A stretch of DNA of 64,000 bases from the IMG/VR virus record IMGVR_UViG_3300042908_001106, positions 11,494 to 75,493 of that record; one strand, 5' to 3'. The notes below the pieces were generated by a model that was not told the origin of the DNA, did not search any database, and worked only from the letters and a program-made list of their open reading frames with translations. A program made the translations under genes and the position numbers. This document shows positions 38,646 through 47,916 of this stretch, in pieces (position 1 is the stretch's first letter; each line of letters starts with the position of its first letter). The stretch comes from a virus (taxonomy: Duplodnaviria > Caudoviricetes).

Positions 38646-38859
38646 AATTACTCATTGTTTGAGCTAACAAAGATAGGTGACGACGGAAAACAACGTATTT
38701 AGGAGCGTTGTTATTGGAGTTGTTTTGATGTCTAAAAACCGTTCTCCGGTCGGCTCCTGTCTGAATGCAAATCCAATCAATAGATTTATTGTATTTGCTT
38801 ACAAATTCCTGAACCGATAGTTCGGTTGATGTTTGATATACCATTGTAATAGCCTCCAA
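38644..38859 (-). CDS. Small HTH-like protein
   Basis: SIDWICIQTGADRRTVFRH. Confidence 0.45.
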   Translation of the reverse strand: MEAITMVYQTSTELSVQEFVSKYNKSIDWICIQTGADRRTVFRHQNNSNNNAPKYVVFRRHLSLLAQTMSN

Positions 38860-38925
38860 GTTGTGCTTAGTCGTGAACTTGTGGGTGGGATTGATCGGCT
38901 GTTATCCGATCAATCCCCTTTAAGT

Positions 38926-39195
38926 TTAAATTCGTGAATTTCGCCACGCTTCTATGCTTTCCCAACCGATAGGGATCAATGGGATTAAGTTGCTTGGTTT
39001 ATAGCATTTCTCATGAATCCGTCCAGCCTCTATACTGAATGACCTGGTACTCGGCGGGATCTCTTTTCCACACTCTACACAAACAACAGACTCGGGTTTG
39101 TAAGCAGTGGGATTCATTAGGTCTTTAAGCTCCTCTGGAGATGGGGTATATTCGTCGATATCCCATTCATCATCGCTATAGTTATCCATGTTCAT
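38926..39195 (-). CDS. Hypothetical Zn-binding protein
   Basis: CVECG...HEKC. Confidence 0.5.
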   Translation of the reverse strand: MNMDNYSDDEWDIDEYTPSPEELKDLMNPTAYKPESVVCVECGKEIPPSTRSFSIEAGRIHEKCYKPSNLIPLIPIGWESIEAWRNSRI

Positions 39196-39307
39196 TTGAC
39201 TTGTTTTAAGGTGGGGTTGGGATTGAGGTGAGAGGGATTAGAGCCTTCTCGCCTCTTTTAGCGTGATTAAAATATTGTACACTGAACAGTAACAATAATG
39301 GAACAAT

Positions 39308-39553
39308 ATGGCAAGTGACAAGAAAAACAGAATTAACTCAACGCTCCCGGAATTCCATCGGAAATGGTTAAAGGTATGGGCTTTCCTGAAGTGCACCACG
39401 CCGACCGCATTGGCTGGCAATATTCTCCAGGCTAGGATTGAAGCTAACCTAGACTTGATTAGTCGGATGTTAGCAGAAAGGTCTGAAGATTTGGGGATAT
39501 CTTCAGACGAGTTAATCAGTCGGATTTTGGATGATTCCGAGATTAATGACTAG
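39308..39553 (+). CDS. Ribbon-helix-helix-like regulator
   Basis: RINSTLP....WLKVWA...TPTALA pattern. Confidence 0.5.
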   Translation: MASDKKNRINSTLPEFHRKWLKVWAFLKCTTPTALAGNILQARIEANLDLISRMLAERSEDLGISSDELISRILDDSEIND

Positions 39554-39610
39554 ATTTAACCTTTGCTCGATAATCCTTTTGAGATACGGGGAAGGGGGTG
39601 TAAATTCGTT

Positions 39611-40045
39611 TTAAACGAGATTATTTAAGCTGTTTACAATTTCTTCCTTATTAATCTCGTCATCTACAAAGTTTTTTGTATGGATTGAGTCAATTAAGAA
39701 TGGAAAAGCTCTTGATTCAGTAAGATGTATTGGTATCTTTAAAACATTGTCAATCTCACCGTTAAATATTTTATTTGCTATTGTCACAGCATCTTGAACG
39801 CTTAGAACGCCATCATGTACCAACAATTCCACAATGCCAATTAATCCCATGTAGAATCCAGCTTTTAATAAATCCGAATAATCGGGTTTTACTATTTTGG
39901 CTTTTTCGTTAATTTCAACCGTAGATTTATGAGCTAAACTGTATTCTAAACAGTATTTGAAATTATCTGGGTTCAATTGTGAGAGTAAGATAACGCCTTT
40001 GTCACTTACAAACTTTGAGCCAGAATCTAATTCTTTAATATTCAT
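39611..40045 (-). CDS. Hypothetical protein
   Basis: AGGAG RBS. Confidence 0.55.
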   Translation of the reverse strand: MNIKELDSGSKFVSDKGVILLSQLNPDNFKYCLEYSLAHKSTVEINEKAKIVKPDYSDLLKAGFYMGLIGIVELLVHDGVLSVQDAVTIANKIFNGEIDNVLKIPIHLTESRAFPFLIDSIHTKNFVDDEINKEEIVNSLNNLV

Positions 40046-40069
40046 TTGACTTGTCTCCTTTGGTGATTG

Positions 40070-40399
40070 CTAAAACAAACTTAATTGACCTTCACTAACC
40101 ATTTTACTTTTGGGATTGTTCCATGACTCACCCCGACTGTTCACACAATTTCGCCAGTGAGGATAGGTTTTAAATGGCTTACCTAGTGCGATAAACTTTT
40201 CAATTAACCGAAGTTCCTCAAGCCAGATTTTGTAAGGACTGCATTCCCTGGCTCCGAATGGGTAGTGGTCGTTGCAATACTTCCGGGCATCCTTAGAGTC
40301 GATTTCTTCACCTAAGCAAGCGCATTGCATCTCATATTCCATGAGGGAGTCTGCAATCCTTGAGATTGAACAATCGCGCCAAGACATTGATTTTTTCAT
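40070..40399 (-). CDS. Hypothetical phage protein
   Basis: YPFG.R...PYKIWLEE motif; C-terminal QLSLF clamp-binding-like motif. Confidence 0.55.
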   Translation of the reverse strand: MKKSMSWRDCSISRIADSLMEYEMQCACLGEEIDSKDARKYCNDHYPFGARECSPYKIWLEELRLIEKFIALGKPFKTYPHWRNCVNSRGESWNNPKSKMVSEGQLSLF

Positions 40400-40692
40400 T
40401 ATTTGATAAGTGCAGGACTAAAATCAACCTCACAATCTAAACTCCATCTCGAATTGGCGGAGGTTCGGTACAAGGAAAAAACGCGATCGCTCTCAAGATC
40501 AATTAAATAGCATTCTTGCCTTTTGTCTTCCTGGTTCCAATGTTCGCCTGTTGATTGGCAGTCATTGGGGTTAATTAATTGGCTTTCTAGTTGCTGGTAA
40601 TCTTCAATCTTTAAATATGAAGCATTAAACCCTCGTTTTTCAACGGATTGCAGCCAGTTGTATAATCGTTGAGATCCTGTAATTTTAATCAT
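40399..40692 (-). CDS. Hypothetical protein
   Basis: Coupled ORF. Confidence 0.5.
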   Translation of the reverse strand: MIKITGSQRLYNWLQSVEKRGFNASYLKIEDYQQLESQLINPNDCQSTGEHWNQEDKRQECYLIDLESDRVFSLYRTSANSRWSLDCEVDFSPALIK

Positions 40693-40826
40693 TTTAGTTG
40701 CCCTCCGATGATGGATATGATAGCCAATACCAAAACGTTGTCAGTTGCCACTCGTGGGGGTTTTTGCGACTGACAATATTGCGCCATAGTCTGAAGTTGG
40801 CTCGAAAGTCACGCAGACCAGTCCAA

Positions 40827-41108
40827 TCAATCATCTTTCCTCCTGTGTTTTTTGGGGTTTAGCGATCGCAAATAATCTGCAATCGCTCGGCAATGGTTTG
40901 GATCATTAACATCTTCATGACACTGAATCCAATGTTTAATCAGTGTCAAATTGTAGCCATACCCCGCCCGATTCCCCCCAGGGCGTTTGTAATAATGAAT
41001 ATTTTCGATCCATTTTTTGTGAGAGTGTTTAACGGAATCGGGATTTTTTAATCCCAGGAGTTTGACCGCTTCATGTTTGGAGCCAAATTCGTAGGCTGTG
41101 GCAATCAT
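40827..41108 (-). CDS. Excisionase-like/HTH protein
   Basis: EAVKLLGL...WIENIHY...YNLTLI pattern. Confidence 0.45.
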   Translation of the reverse strand: MIATAYEFGSKHEAVKLLGLKNPDSVKHSHKKWIENIHYYKRPGGNRAGYGYNLTLIKHWIQCHEDVNDPNHCRAIADYLRSLNPKKHRRKDD

Positions 41109-41536
41109 AAACCTTGAATCCTTAACTGAATAGGAACCTCGTTAATCTCCAACAATCCTTTTTTAGAAAGTTTTGCCAATTCAACCTGAACATCTTGCAC
41201 GTCGAATTTAATTTCTTTCTCCTTCCCCAATGGAGTTACGCCAGAACAGTCAAGTATTGTGATTAGATTTTCTGGTGTAACTTCTAAATCTTTATTGCAG
41301 CCATAAAGAAGACGAAGCATATAGAGAATGTAGACAGATTTGTTTATTCCCCCTGCTATTAAATCCGATTGCAAATTATAAACAGATTGGACTAATTTAC
41401 CCTGTTCATTCATCACTGTCCCCATATTTTTCTCTGGGAATTGGACAATGTTTTCTTCCGTCGCCTTTGCATTTCCTAGCGAATACTCTCCCACAAACAT
41501 AGTGTTCCTCCTATTTAGTAAATGCAATCTTGGCAT
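41105..41536 (-). CDS. Hypothetical winged-helix-like protein
   Basis: Likely start MFVGE after GGAGG. Confidence 0.5.
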   Translation of the reverse strand: MPRLHLLNRRNTMFVGEYSLGNAKATEENIVQFPEKNMGTVMNEQGKLVQSVYNLQSDLIAGGINKSVYILYMLRLLYGCNKDLEVTPENLITILDCSGVTPLGKEKEIKFDVQDVQVELAKLSKKGLLEINEVPIQLRIQGL

Positions 41537-41804
41537 CCCAGAGGGTTTGAAGCCACTGGTTTTGAGTTGGCATTAAGTGTTGGTTTTTTTTTCTCAATGG
41601 ATGGGGGAACATCCTCCGAGCTAGTTTAGATGCTGCGATCGCGTCTTTTTTAGAGTGAAAATACCCTGGGAAACATCGCCCCGATGCCAAGTGAGTGACA
41701 CCCCAATAGTCGTCGTCAATCCGATGCACAGCGATCCATTTTCTGACAGTTGCCTTTATTTTCCAGCGCCCATAAATAGTATGGGTTACAATCGTTTTTC
41801 TCAT
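41511..41804 (-). CDS. Hypothetical protein
   Basis: Coupled ORF. Confidence 0.5.
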   Translation of the reverse strand: MRKTIVTHTIYGRWKIKATVRKWIAVHRIDDDYWGVTHLASGRCFPGYFHSKKDAIAASKLARRMFPHPLRKKNQHLMPTQNQWLQTLWDAKIAFTK

Positions 41805-41992
41805 GACTCAACCCTTGTTCTTGTGATAACTGAAACGGGAACCCCGTCCCAATCTTCCTGGATATAGTATCTGCCAGTGCCAGATTTGTTCATTTCCTCG
41901 CACTTTTTCCGAGCTTGATTAAATCTCGGATAAGACGCGATAATAACGCCTTTTCCTAGTTCCCAAATCGCGTAGCCCTTCTGTTTACTCAT
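41801..41992 (-). CDS. Hypothetical protein
   Basis: Coupled ORF. Confidence 0.5.
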   Translation of the reverse strand: MSKQKGYAIWELGKGVIIASYPRFNQARKKCEEMNKSGTGRYYIQEDWDGVPVSVITRTRVES

Positions 41993-42392
41993 TACCTTTC
42001 TGTATTCGTCTTAGTGTTAATTTGGCATATTCAATGGCAAAAAATATGCCCCCCTCATACTGTTCTATGAGGTGTTCTGCAAACTCCTGATTTAGAGTTG
42101 GCAATTTGCAAAACAATTGTTGATAAATTTCCTCCGGTTGTGAGGTTTTTCTTGCTGACCGGAATGATGGGGCGACCCTACCGTAATCGGCAGGGAGTTC
42201 CCCGACTCGCTTCCACCGGAAAAGCGTGGCTCTCCCTATTCCAAGATTTCGAGATATCTCGGTCAGGCTTTTGCCCGACTTAATAGCTTCGTAAGCTATT
42301 TTGCGGATTTCTGGAGAATAACGCTTCGTACTTGACATCTGGTTAATGGTTACTGGGTTAAAAAAGGGGTAGTTATTTGAGAGTCTTTCCAC
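41985..42392 (-). CDS. HTH protein
   Basis: YSPEIR...GKSLTEISRNLGIGRATLFRW. Confidence 0.6.
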   Translation of the reverse strand: MERLSNNYPFFNPVTINQMSSTKRYSPEIRKIAYEAIKSGKSLTEISRNLGIGRATLFRWKRVGELPADYGRVAPSFRSARKTSQPEEIYQQLFCKLPTLNQEFAEHLIEQYEGGIFFAIEYAKLTLRRIQKGNE

Positions 42393-42475
42393 CCCAGGAG
42401 ATTCTTACTTACAAACACAAACACAAAAAACAATTAAATCTTCTGGACATCACCTCCTTTCTGTCTTAAATTTAT

Positions 42476-42904
42476 TCAACACTCTGAAATATAGGTATAA
42501 ACATCGTTTTGAAACTGCTCGTTTTCCCGTAAAGATTGGTGGTACTCTCCCATTTTTTTCAATGCGTGACCAAAATGTTTTAATGTCCCTCCCTCAAGTT
42601 TTATTAAATAAGATCCATTGTTGTTGAAATAATTAGGAAATCTCGATGAAATTGGACTATACCAATACAAATACATTTCATCATCTCCAATGAGCAGACC
42701 GATGTCACCTTGAAACATTTTTTCATCTTCATCAAAAAAGTCTTCAATCTTTTCTAATGTTTCGGATTTGATCGTGTGACACAAAAACGTAACGTCCGAT
42801 ACTATACTTGTGTCAATCCCTATGTCTAAAATGCCTGTTGTGGCTTCTAATGTCAGGTTGCTTCCTATCTGACTTAATAACAATTGTAATTGTGGTGTTA
42901 GCAT
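42476..42904 (-). CDS. Hypothetical protein
   Basis: 142 aa ATG ORF. Confidence 0.5.
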   Translation of the reverse strand: MLTPQLQLLLSQIGSNLTLEATTGILDIGIDTSIVSDVTFLCHTIKSETLEKIEDFFDEDEKMFQGDIGLLIGDDEMYLYWYSPISSRFPNYFNNNGSYLIKLEGGTLKHFGHALKKMGEYHQSLRENEQFQNDVYTYISEC

Positions 42905-42919
42905 AACCCTTTTCCTGCT

Positions 42920-43129
42920 TTAGTAAAGGTAATTGTTAAAATACTCGTCTTGTTCTGCTTCCTCTATTCTTTCCAGTTGCTCTCGCAGTTCCTCAAAACT
43001 TGAGTTGAGTTCAATGCCACTTATTCCTTTGCTCTTGTATCTCCCCAACATGGCTTGTAAATCTTCGTATTCAGTAAGTCCGTCGTCCTTGTAATTTTTG
43101 GCCGATGCCTGCAAGTCTCTGTAAAGCAT
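42920..43129 (-). CDS. Acidic hypothetical protein
   Basis: GAGGA RBS. Confidence 0.5.
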   Translation of the reverse strand: MLYRDLQASAKNYKDDGLTEYEDLQAMLGRYKSKGISGIELNSSFEELREQLERIEEAEQDEYFNNYLY

Positions 43130-43195
43130 ATTTCCTCATTTCCTGTATTTAGTAGTAATCAAAGATTTGAGGGGGAATTTCACCCCCAGAGTTAT

Positions 43196-43924
43196 TTAGG
43201 CTTTAGCTGATTTCAGTTGTTTAGAATTAGTTGCATTCAATTGAGCAACAGGAACTTGATTGAGTTCGGCTTCTGCGATTAAAGCCAAGCATTTAGCTTG
43301 ATTTTCGACTAACCGTTGATCAACACAAACATCCATCCCTTGAATTTCTTTCGCGGCTTCAAGTGCGGCTAATTCAAAATCCCCGACTGGCTCCCGATAA
43401 CTACTGGCAATATGGAAGTAATTGCCAAACTTGCCTTCCGATTTTGCCATTTCAAATCGGAAGATTTTTTTGTTGTAGCTTTCACGAATTTTATTGAGGC
43501 TGTAGATATTGAAATCCGTTTGCATTCCATCAACAGCCCAAGAGTTAAGGGCATCTCTGACAAATTGTTCTGTCAGCGCACGGAATTTATCTTTACTTTG
43601 GCGGTGGATCATGAACATTGAAAGTTCAGAAACCATCTCATTGAATTGGGTTTTCATCTCGCCGCCAACCGGAATCCCCCAGATTTCCAGAAACTCCTCG
43701 TTAATATAGTTAGGCTCGAAAGTTAGGGTCTTAGTTGAAATATTGCAAACCGCCATTTCAACAAATTTTCCTTTGGTTAACCCCGCTTTTTCAGCTTCGG
43801 AACAGGTTAGACCGTTGGTATTGCCACCGACAAATTGACCCCATTCTTTTGAGCAGTTTCCACGATAACGACTAGGGGAAGGGGGAATTAAAAAGCCGAA
43901 TCCGTCTGTTTGGATAATGTTCAT
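43196..43924 (-). CDS. Hypothetical protein (possible ssDNA-binding/recombination protein)
   Basis: 242 aa in the early operon; function inferred from context only. Confidence 0.5.
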   Translation of the reverse strand: MNIIQTDGFGFLIPPSPSRYRGNCSKEWGQFVGGNTNGLTCSEAEKAGLTKGKFVEMAVCNISTKTLTFEPNYINEEFLEIWGIPVGGEMKTQFNEMVSELSMFMIHRQSKDKFRALTEQFVRDALNSWAVDGMQTDFNIYSLNKIRESYNKKIFRFEMAKSEGKFGNYFHIASSYREPVGDFELAALEAAKEIQGMDVCVDQRLVENQAKCLALIAEAELNQVPVAQLNATNSKQLKSAKA

Positions 43925-44024
43925 GATTTGTTTTAGTTTTGAGTCTGTTTTTAGGTTTAATTCGGGCTAATCGCACCGCCCCAACGCCTCACAATCGCAC
44001 TATGAAGCGTAAGGGAGGAGTGAT

Positions 44025-44222
44025 TTACCAATAATTTGTAAACCGAGGATGTCCATTTTTAGGGATGAATCGCTTCTCGACTAACCAGCGATCACCGTCT
44101 GGTGTGCATGGCTTAAAGTTGGCTGGATCGCCATCATAATTACGAGCTTGCCAAGCCTGAATTTTTCGATATTCGACTTTCCCACCACGAACTTTTTCGA
44201 CTTTATAGGGTTGAATGTCCAT
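44025..44222 (-). CDS. Hypothetical protein
   Basis: AGGAG RBS. Confidence 0.5.
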   Translation of the reverse strand: MDIQPYKVEKVRGGKVEYRKIQAWQARNYDGDPANFKPCTPDGDRWLVEKRFIPKNGHPRFTNYW

Positions 44223-44245
44223 TTTATTCTCCTAAAATTACTTGA

Positions 44246-44467
44246 TTAATTTGGGCTGTTACCCCGACTTTGGAAGATTGAATGAATTAATTTATTAAAC
44301 TCATCCATCGGAATTGAATTTTCTGAAGCCTGTTTGATGATTGCAGGAATTTCTTGATCATCAATTTCGGTGCATCGGTCGTTGTAGGTTTCGTTGAACT
44401 CGACAATAAAATCGCGTTCTTCTATTAACTCAACAAATCTTTCAGCTAACTGCTTGACATCCATCAC
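44246..44467 (-). CDS. Acidic hypothetical protein
   Basis: GGAGGTG RBS. Confidence 0.55.
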   Translation of the reverse strand: MMDVKQLAERFVELIEERDFIVEFNETYNDRCTEIDDQEIPAIIKQASENSIPMDEFNKLIHSIFQSRGNSPN

Positions 44468-44547
44468 GCCACCTCCTCCTCAACCCAACTTTGCTCAACC
44501 AAAGCATCGGCGGCTAACTGAAACGAACTATGGCGGGACGTACTGTA

Positions 44548-44961
44548 CTAAAAACCTTTCCCATGCACCAGCATCTCACCGACCGCATAAAACCAGGATT
44601 TGTACCGGACTACGAAGCCCAACTTGCAGCCGTTTTCATAAACAGCCGTTCCTGACTCTTTAGCCAAAGAAACGACTTTTTCTTGAGATGGTTCGGCAAC
44701 GGGTTTCGATTTTTGAATTTGCTCCCAATAATTTAGGAACTGATCTGCACCAATTACGATTGCACCACCGCTAGACAATACAAACTTTAAAATGTCGTGA
44801 TTGGTAAAGATACCTGTTATCTGTTCGGGTGTGGGATTGATTTGTCCGAATGTGTCCCAGGCGATGACTTGGGCGGCTATCTCCTTATCTAGTGCTAATG
44901 CCATAACTTCAGGGGAAATAATGGACTGAACTTGATCAATGGTTGAAATTGTTGCTATCAT
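44548..44961 (-). CDS. Hypothetical protein, possibly with premature TAG
   Basis: Frame continues for 27 codons after the TAG to a stop coupled to the next gene. Confidence 0.55.
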   Translation of the reverse strand: MIATISTIDQVQSIISPEVMALALDKEIAAQVIAWDTFGQINPTPEQITGIFTNHDILKFVLSSGGAIVIGADQFLNYWEQIQKSKPVAEPSQEKVVSLAKESGTAVYENGCKLGFVVRYKSWFYAVGEMLVHGKGF

Positions 44962-45045
44962 GGGTTTTGATTGGGTTTTGTCCCTAAGCGGTTGGCACTG
45001 ATATCAAGTCGGGTGCCAACCGCTTTCGGCTTTGTATCTACAATC

Positions 45046-45091
45046 TTATAGTAATCTAATTACTATGTCAAGGGGTTTCGGAAAAATTCTT
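45046..45091 (-). promoter_or_regulatory. Sigma70-type promoter related to the 21.9/22.3 kb cassettes
   Basis: AAGAATTTT..AAACCCCTTGACATA...TATAAG on the minus strand. Confidence 0.6.
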
Positions 45092-45179
45092 GTTACTACA
45101 CAAAAAGAAGTTTAGGTATTGGCGGCAAGGCTTGTACAGAAAGGCATTTAGCTTATGCGGTTGCAATCGACAATCACTC

Positions 45180-45560
45180 TCATCGCTTCTGACTAAAGGA
45201 CTTGATTGTCACGGTAGGGAACAGGTCTCGGATATCAGCACCGAGGGTCTTTAAAACAAAATCCAATCTTTCACGACTAACAGATGCAACTTTTCCCTGT
45301 TCCCATTTGAGGATTGTGTCAAAGGAAACCGTTGGCTCCGTAAGGGTTGCAAGTTTTTTTTGCGATATGTTTTTGGCATTTCTTACATCTTGCAATCTAG
45401 TCCCAACGTCCTTATCCCAAGCAATTTGGACAATACAGTTATATGGAATCATAATCTCCTCTTCTTGATCTTTCGGTATAGTATTGACATTACTACCTTT
45501 TTGTTCTAACATAGCAATATTGTAGGAATCTGGCAAGACCAAATCACCAGATTCCTGCAC
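45180..45560 (-). CDS. XRE-family repressor-like protein
   Basis: RLQDVRNAKNISQKKLA...TILKWEQG; divergent from the replication operon; start uncertain. Confidence 0.75.
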   Translation of the reverse strand: MQESGDLVLPDSYNIAMLEQKGSNVNTIPKDQEEEIMIPYNCIVQIAWDKDVGTRLQDVRNAKNISQKKLATLTEPTVSFDTILKWEQGKVASVSRERLDFVLKTLGADIRDLFPTVTIKSFSQKR

Positions 45561-45805
45561 CCCTGAAACAACAAGCCTTCCCTGGACGGATCGGCTTTGT
45601 AAAGCGTAAGGGAAAACCGCGAAAAGGAAAAATGCCTATGGGATGAAAAAACTGAACGGGCAGATTGTAGAACACCTAACCACCAGAGGGAAGATTCAAG
45701 CATTCCCTTTGGTTTCCTAAATAATGAAGAAAAAATTTGCCAGCCTGATTGCGATTTTCGCAGTCATAAATTGTTTATTTTTCTGCGAATCATCACAGAA
45801 AATCG

Positions 45806-45893
45806 GGGAAAATTCCCCGTCGGAAGAACAACCCAAACGGGGAGATGATCGAAGAAGCTGATCATCATTTTCCCTAAAGATTTTGAGGAAAAT
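45806..45893 (+). promoter_or_regulatory. Structured 5' leader (three-way junction versus RBS-sequestering hairpin)
   Basis: Three perfect stems, plus alternative pairing of ATTTTCC with GGAAAAT at the RBS. Confidence 0.5.
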
Positions 45894-46172
45894 ATGAAGA
45901 TTTCAATTTCAGAAGAATTGGATGACATTGGAATGTCCGCCGAAGCGTTCCGAGTTTATTTCAATATTATTTGTTACGTCTCGTGTCACGAGACATTCCC
46001 AACTATTGACCAGATAACGGCGAAATGTTTTTCCAGACGACGCGCTTCTGGAAAAACATTTACAAGACTTGCATTACGCGAGCTAATTAAGCTCGGAATG
46101 GTTAGCGGTGATATCGAAACGGAAAACTACAGCCTAATACATCCCGATAAGTGGGAAGTGGGGGCGGCATGA
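45894..46172 (+). CDS. Winged-HTH protein
   Basis: ELDD.GMS..AFRVY...FPTI..I...ALRELIKLG. Confidence 0.6.
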   Translation: MKISISEELDDIGMSAEAFRVYFNIICYVSCHETFPTIDQITAKCFSRRRASGKTFTRLALRELIKLGMVSGDIETENYSLIHPDKWEVGAA

Positions 46173-47326
46173 AAAGAGAGCGTCAACAAGGAGGGGATAT
46201 TATCTCAGTCGAGCGTCACAATCGCGACTTTGTGATGATTGATAATTCGGCTGTTCAAGATCCGAATTTAAGCCTTAAAGCCACAGGCTTATTGAGTCTT
46301 TTAATCAGCTATCCGAGCAACTGGAAAATCAGTCTTAGTCACCTTTGCGGTGTCAAGCCAGATGGCAGGGATTCGATATTAAGCGGGTTAGCAGAACTCA
46401 GTCAATCTGGTTATTTACTCTATTTGCGGTGGCGTGACGCAGGGGGTTTGTGGTCTTCTCGATACATAGTTTTTGAGACTCCCCAACTCAAAGAAAAATA
46501 TTTAGAACAAATGCCAAAAGAGGACGTAGAGAAGATTACAGACCCATTTAGTCCATCCAAGGCTAAGGCAAAAAAACAGAAACTTTCACAAGAAACCACA
46601 ACGGAAAATCCACAGTGGAACCATAACGGAAAAACCGTAACGGAAAATCCATCATGGAAAAACCGTAGTGGAGAACCCGATCCAGATAAATACATAGATA
46701 CAAATACAAATCAAAAAAACGTATTAGAAAAGAAAGACCCCCTAACCCCCAACGGGGGAACCGGATGTCTTTCTCAGGAGGGGGAGGGGGAGAACTTGAC
46801 CGGAGGGGGAGAAGAACGCAGCCCCAAACCAGTTGAACCTCCTCAAGCCATACAACAGGGCGCACCTGAACAAAAAAGCATTTTATCCGAGGATCAGATA
46901 TCCGCCGCGCCGACACCAATTTATAGTGTTCACAAAAAGGAACATCAAGCCCGGATCGTTGAGATATACCAATCCAATAAACCTAGCGCCTGGTTGCCCG
47001 TTAACAACCTTCACAGGGATATCAGAGTGATGGTAGATAGTCTTTTATCCTCTGAGAACTTTCAAGGCGATTTAGAGGCATTTTTGACGCGCTTAGAGAA
47101 TGCCTTAAAAGAAATCAACGATCCGACTACTAAGTTTGGCTGGTTCCGTAATCAAGGAAATCTGGGACTGAGAACCCTACTATCCAACTACGGTAGACAT
47201 TTGATGGAATTTAGTGATCGCTGGATGGAACGCCAAACCCCGCAAGTTCGATCCGATGTACTCCCCGATTGGGCATTAGAAGCCCAAAAAGAAATCGAAG
47301 CCCGACAAACCAAAAAGGCAGGTTAA
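46151..47326 (+). CDS. Phage replication initiator (replisome organiser)
   Basis: FVMIDN...D.NLSLKA.GLL..L.S.P..W wHTH; upstream of loader-like and dnaB genes; internal iterons. Confidence 0.75.
   Translation: MGSGGGMKRERQQGGDIISVERHNRDFVMIDNSAVQDPNLSLKATGLLSLLISYPSNWKISLSHLCGVKPDGRDSILSGLAELSQSGYLLYLRWRDAGGLWSSRYIVFETPQLKEKYLEQMPKEDVEKITDPFSPSKAKAKKQKLSQETTTENPQWNHNGKTVTENPSWKNRSGEPDPDKYIDTNTNQKNVLEKKDPLTPNGGTGCLSQEGEGENLTGGGEERSPKPVEPPQAIQQGAPEQKSILSEDQISAAPTPIYSVHKKEHQARIVEIYQSNKPSAWLPVNNLHRDIRVMVDSLLSSENFQGDLEAFLTRLENALKEINDPTTKFGWFRNQGNLGLRTLLSNYGRHLMEFSDRWMERQTPQVRSDVLPDWALEAQKEIEARQTKKAG
46596..46735. repeat. Iteron cluster plus A-rich tract, putative replication origin
   Basis: About five ACGGAAAA(A/T)CC-like units at ~14-bp spacing followed by an A-rich segment. 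Confidence 0.6.
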
Positions 47327-47328
47327 AC

Positions 47329-47916
47329 ATGGACATCAACTTTTTGACAAAACAGATCCAAGACCTTCAAGCTTACTTCACCGCCTTGCAAAACCTGTCC
47401 CCACGGACTCTCAAGGCGTGGTGTGTCCACTTCTCGGAAAACCTATCAGAACAGGAATTAGAGTTAGCCGTTGATCGGGCGCTCATCAACTACGGGTGCA
47501 ACCACGACCTATCAGCCAAGGAATTAGTCGAACTAGCCAAGGGTTCGGACAAAGCAGCAATCCTAGACCGATGGGCAAAAACCTTGGAGGCGATCGCTAA
47601 TAATTCCTTGGCCGACTTGGATGACGCTACCCAGTACGCGATCACTCAACTTGGTGGGATGTCCTACCTCGGATCACTCCCTAACGCCACACTTCAAGGC
47701 TTGAGTTTCAACTTTCAAACCCACGTCCAAAAATATTGGCAATCCCCCCCCAAAGAATTTGAGCGCCCGGTTGTGATCATCCCTCGTGAGCAAATTGAAT
47801 TTAAACCCTCTCACCTCAAGCCACAAATTTCGGAGGAACAACGGGTAAAAAATCAGGAATTTCTAAATAACCTGATCGCCACAAAAATGAATAAAAACTT
47901 AAATGGAGCGAAATAA
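47329..47916 (+). CDS. Putative helicase loader-like protein
   Basis: Between initiator and dnaB; D.ATQYAI.QLGG motif; ATG at 47329. Confidence 0.5.
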   Translation: MDINFLTKQIQDLQAYFTALQNLSPRTLKAWCVHFSENLSEQELELAVDRALINYGCNHDLSAKELVELAKGSDKAAILDRWAKTLEAIANNSLADLDDATQYAITQLGGMSYLGSLPNATLQGLSFNFQTHVQKYWQSPPKEFERPVVIIPREQIEFKPSHLKPQISEEQRVKNQEFLNNLIATKMNKNLNGAK

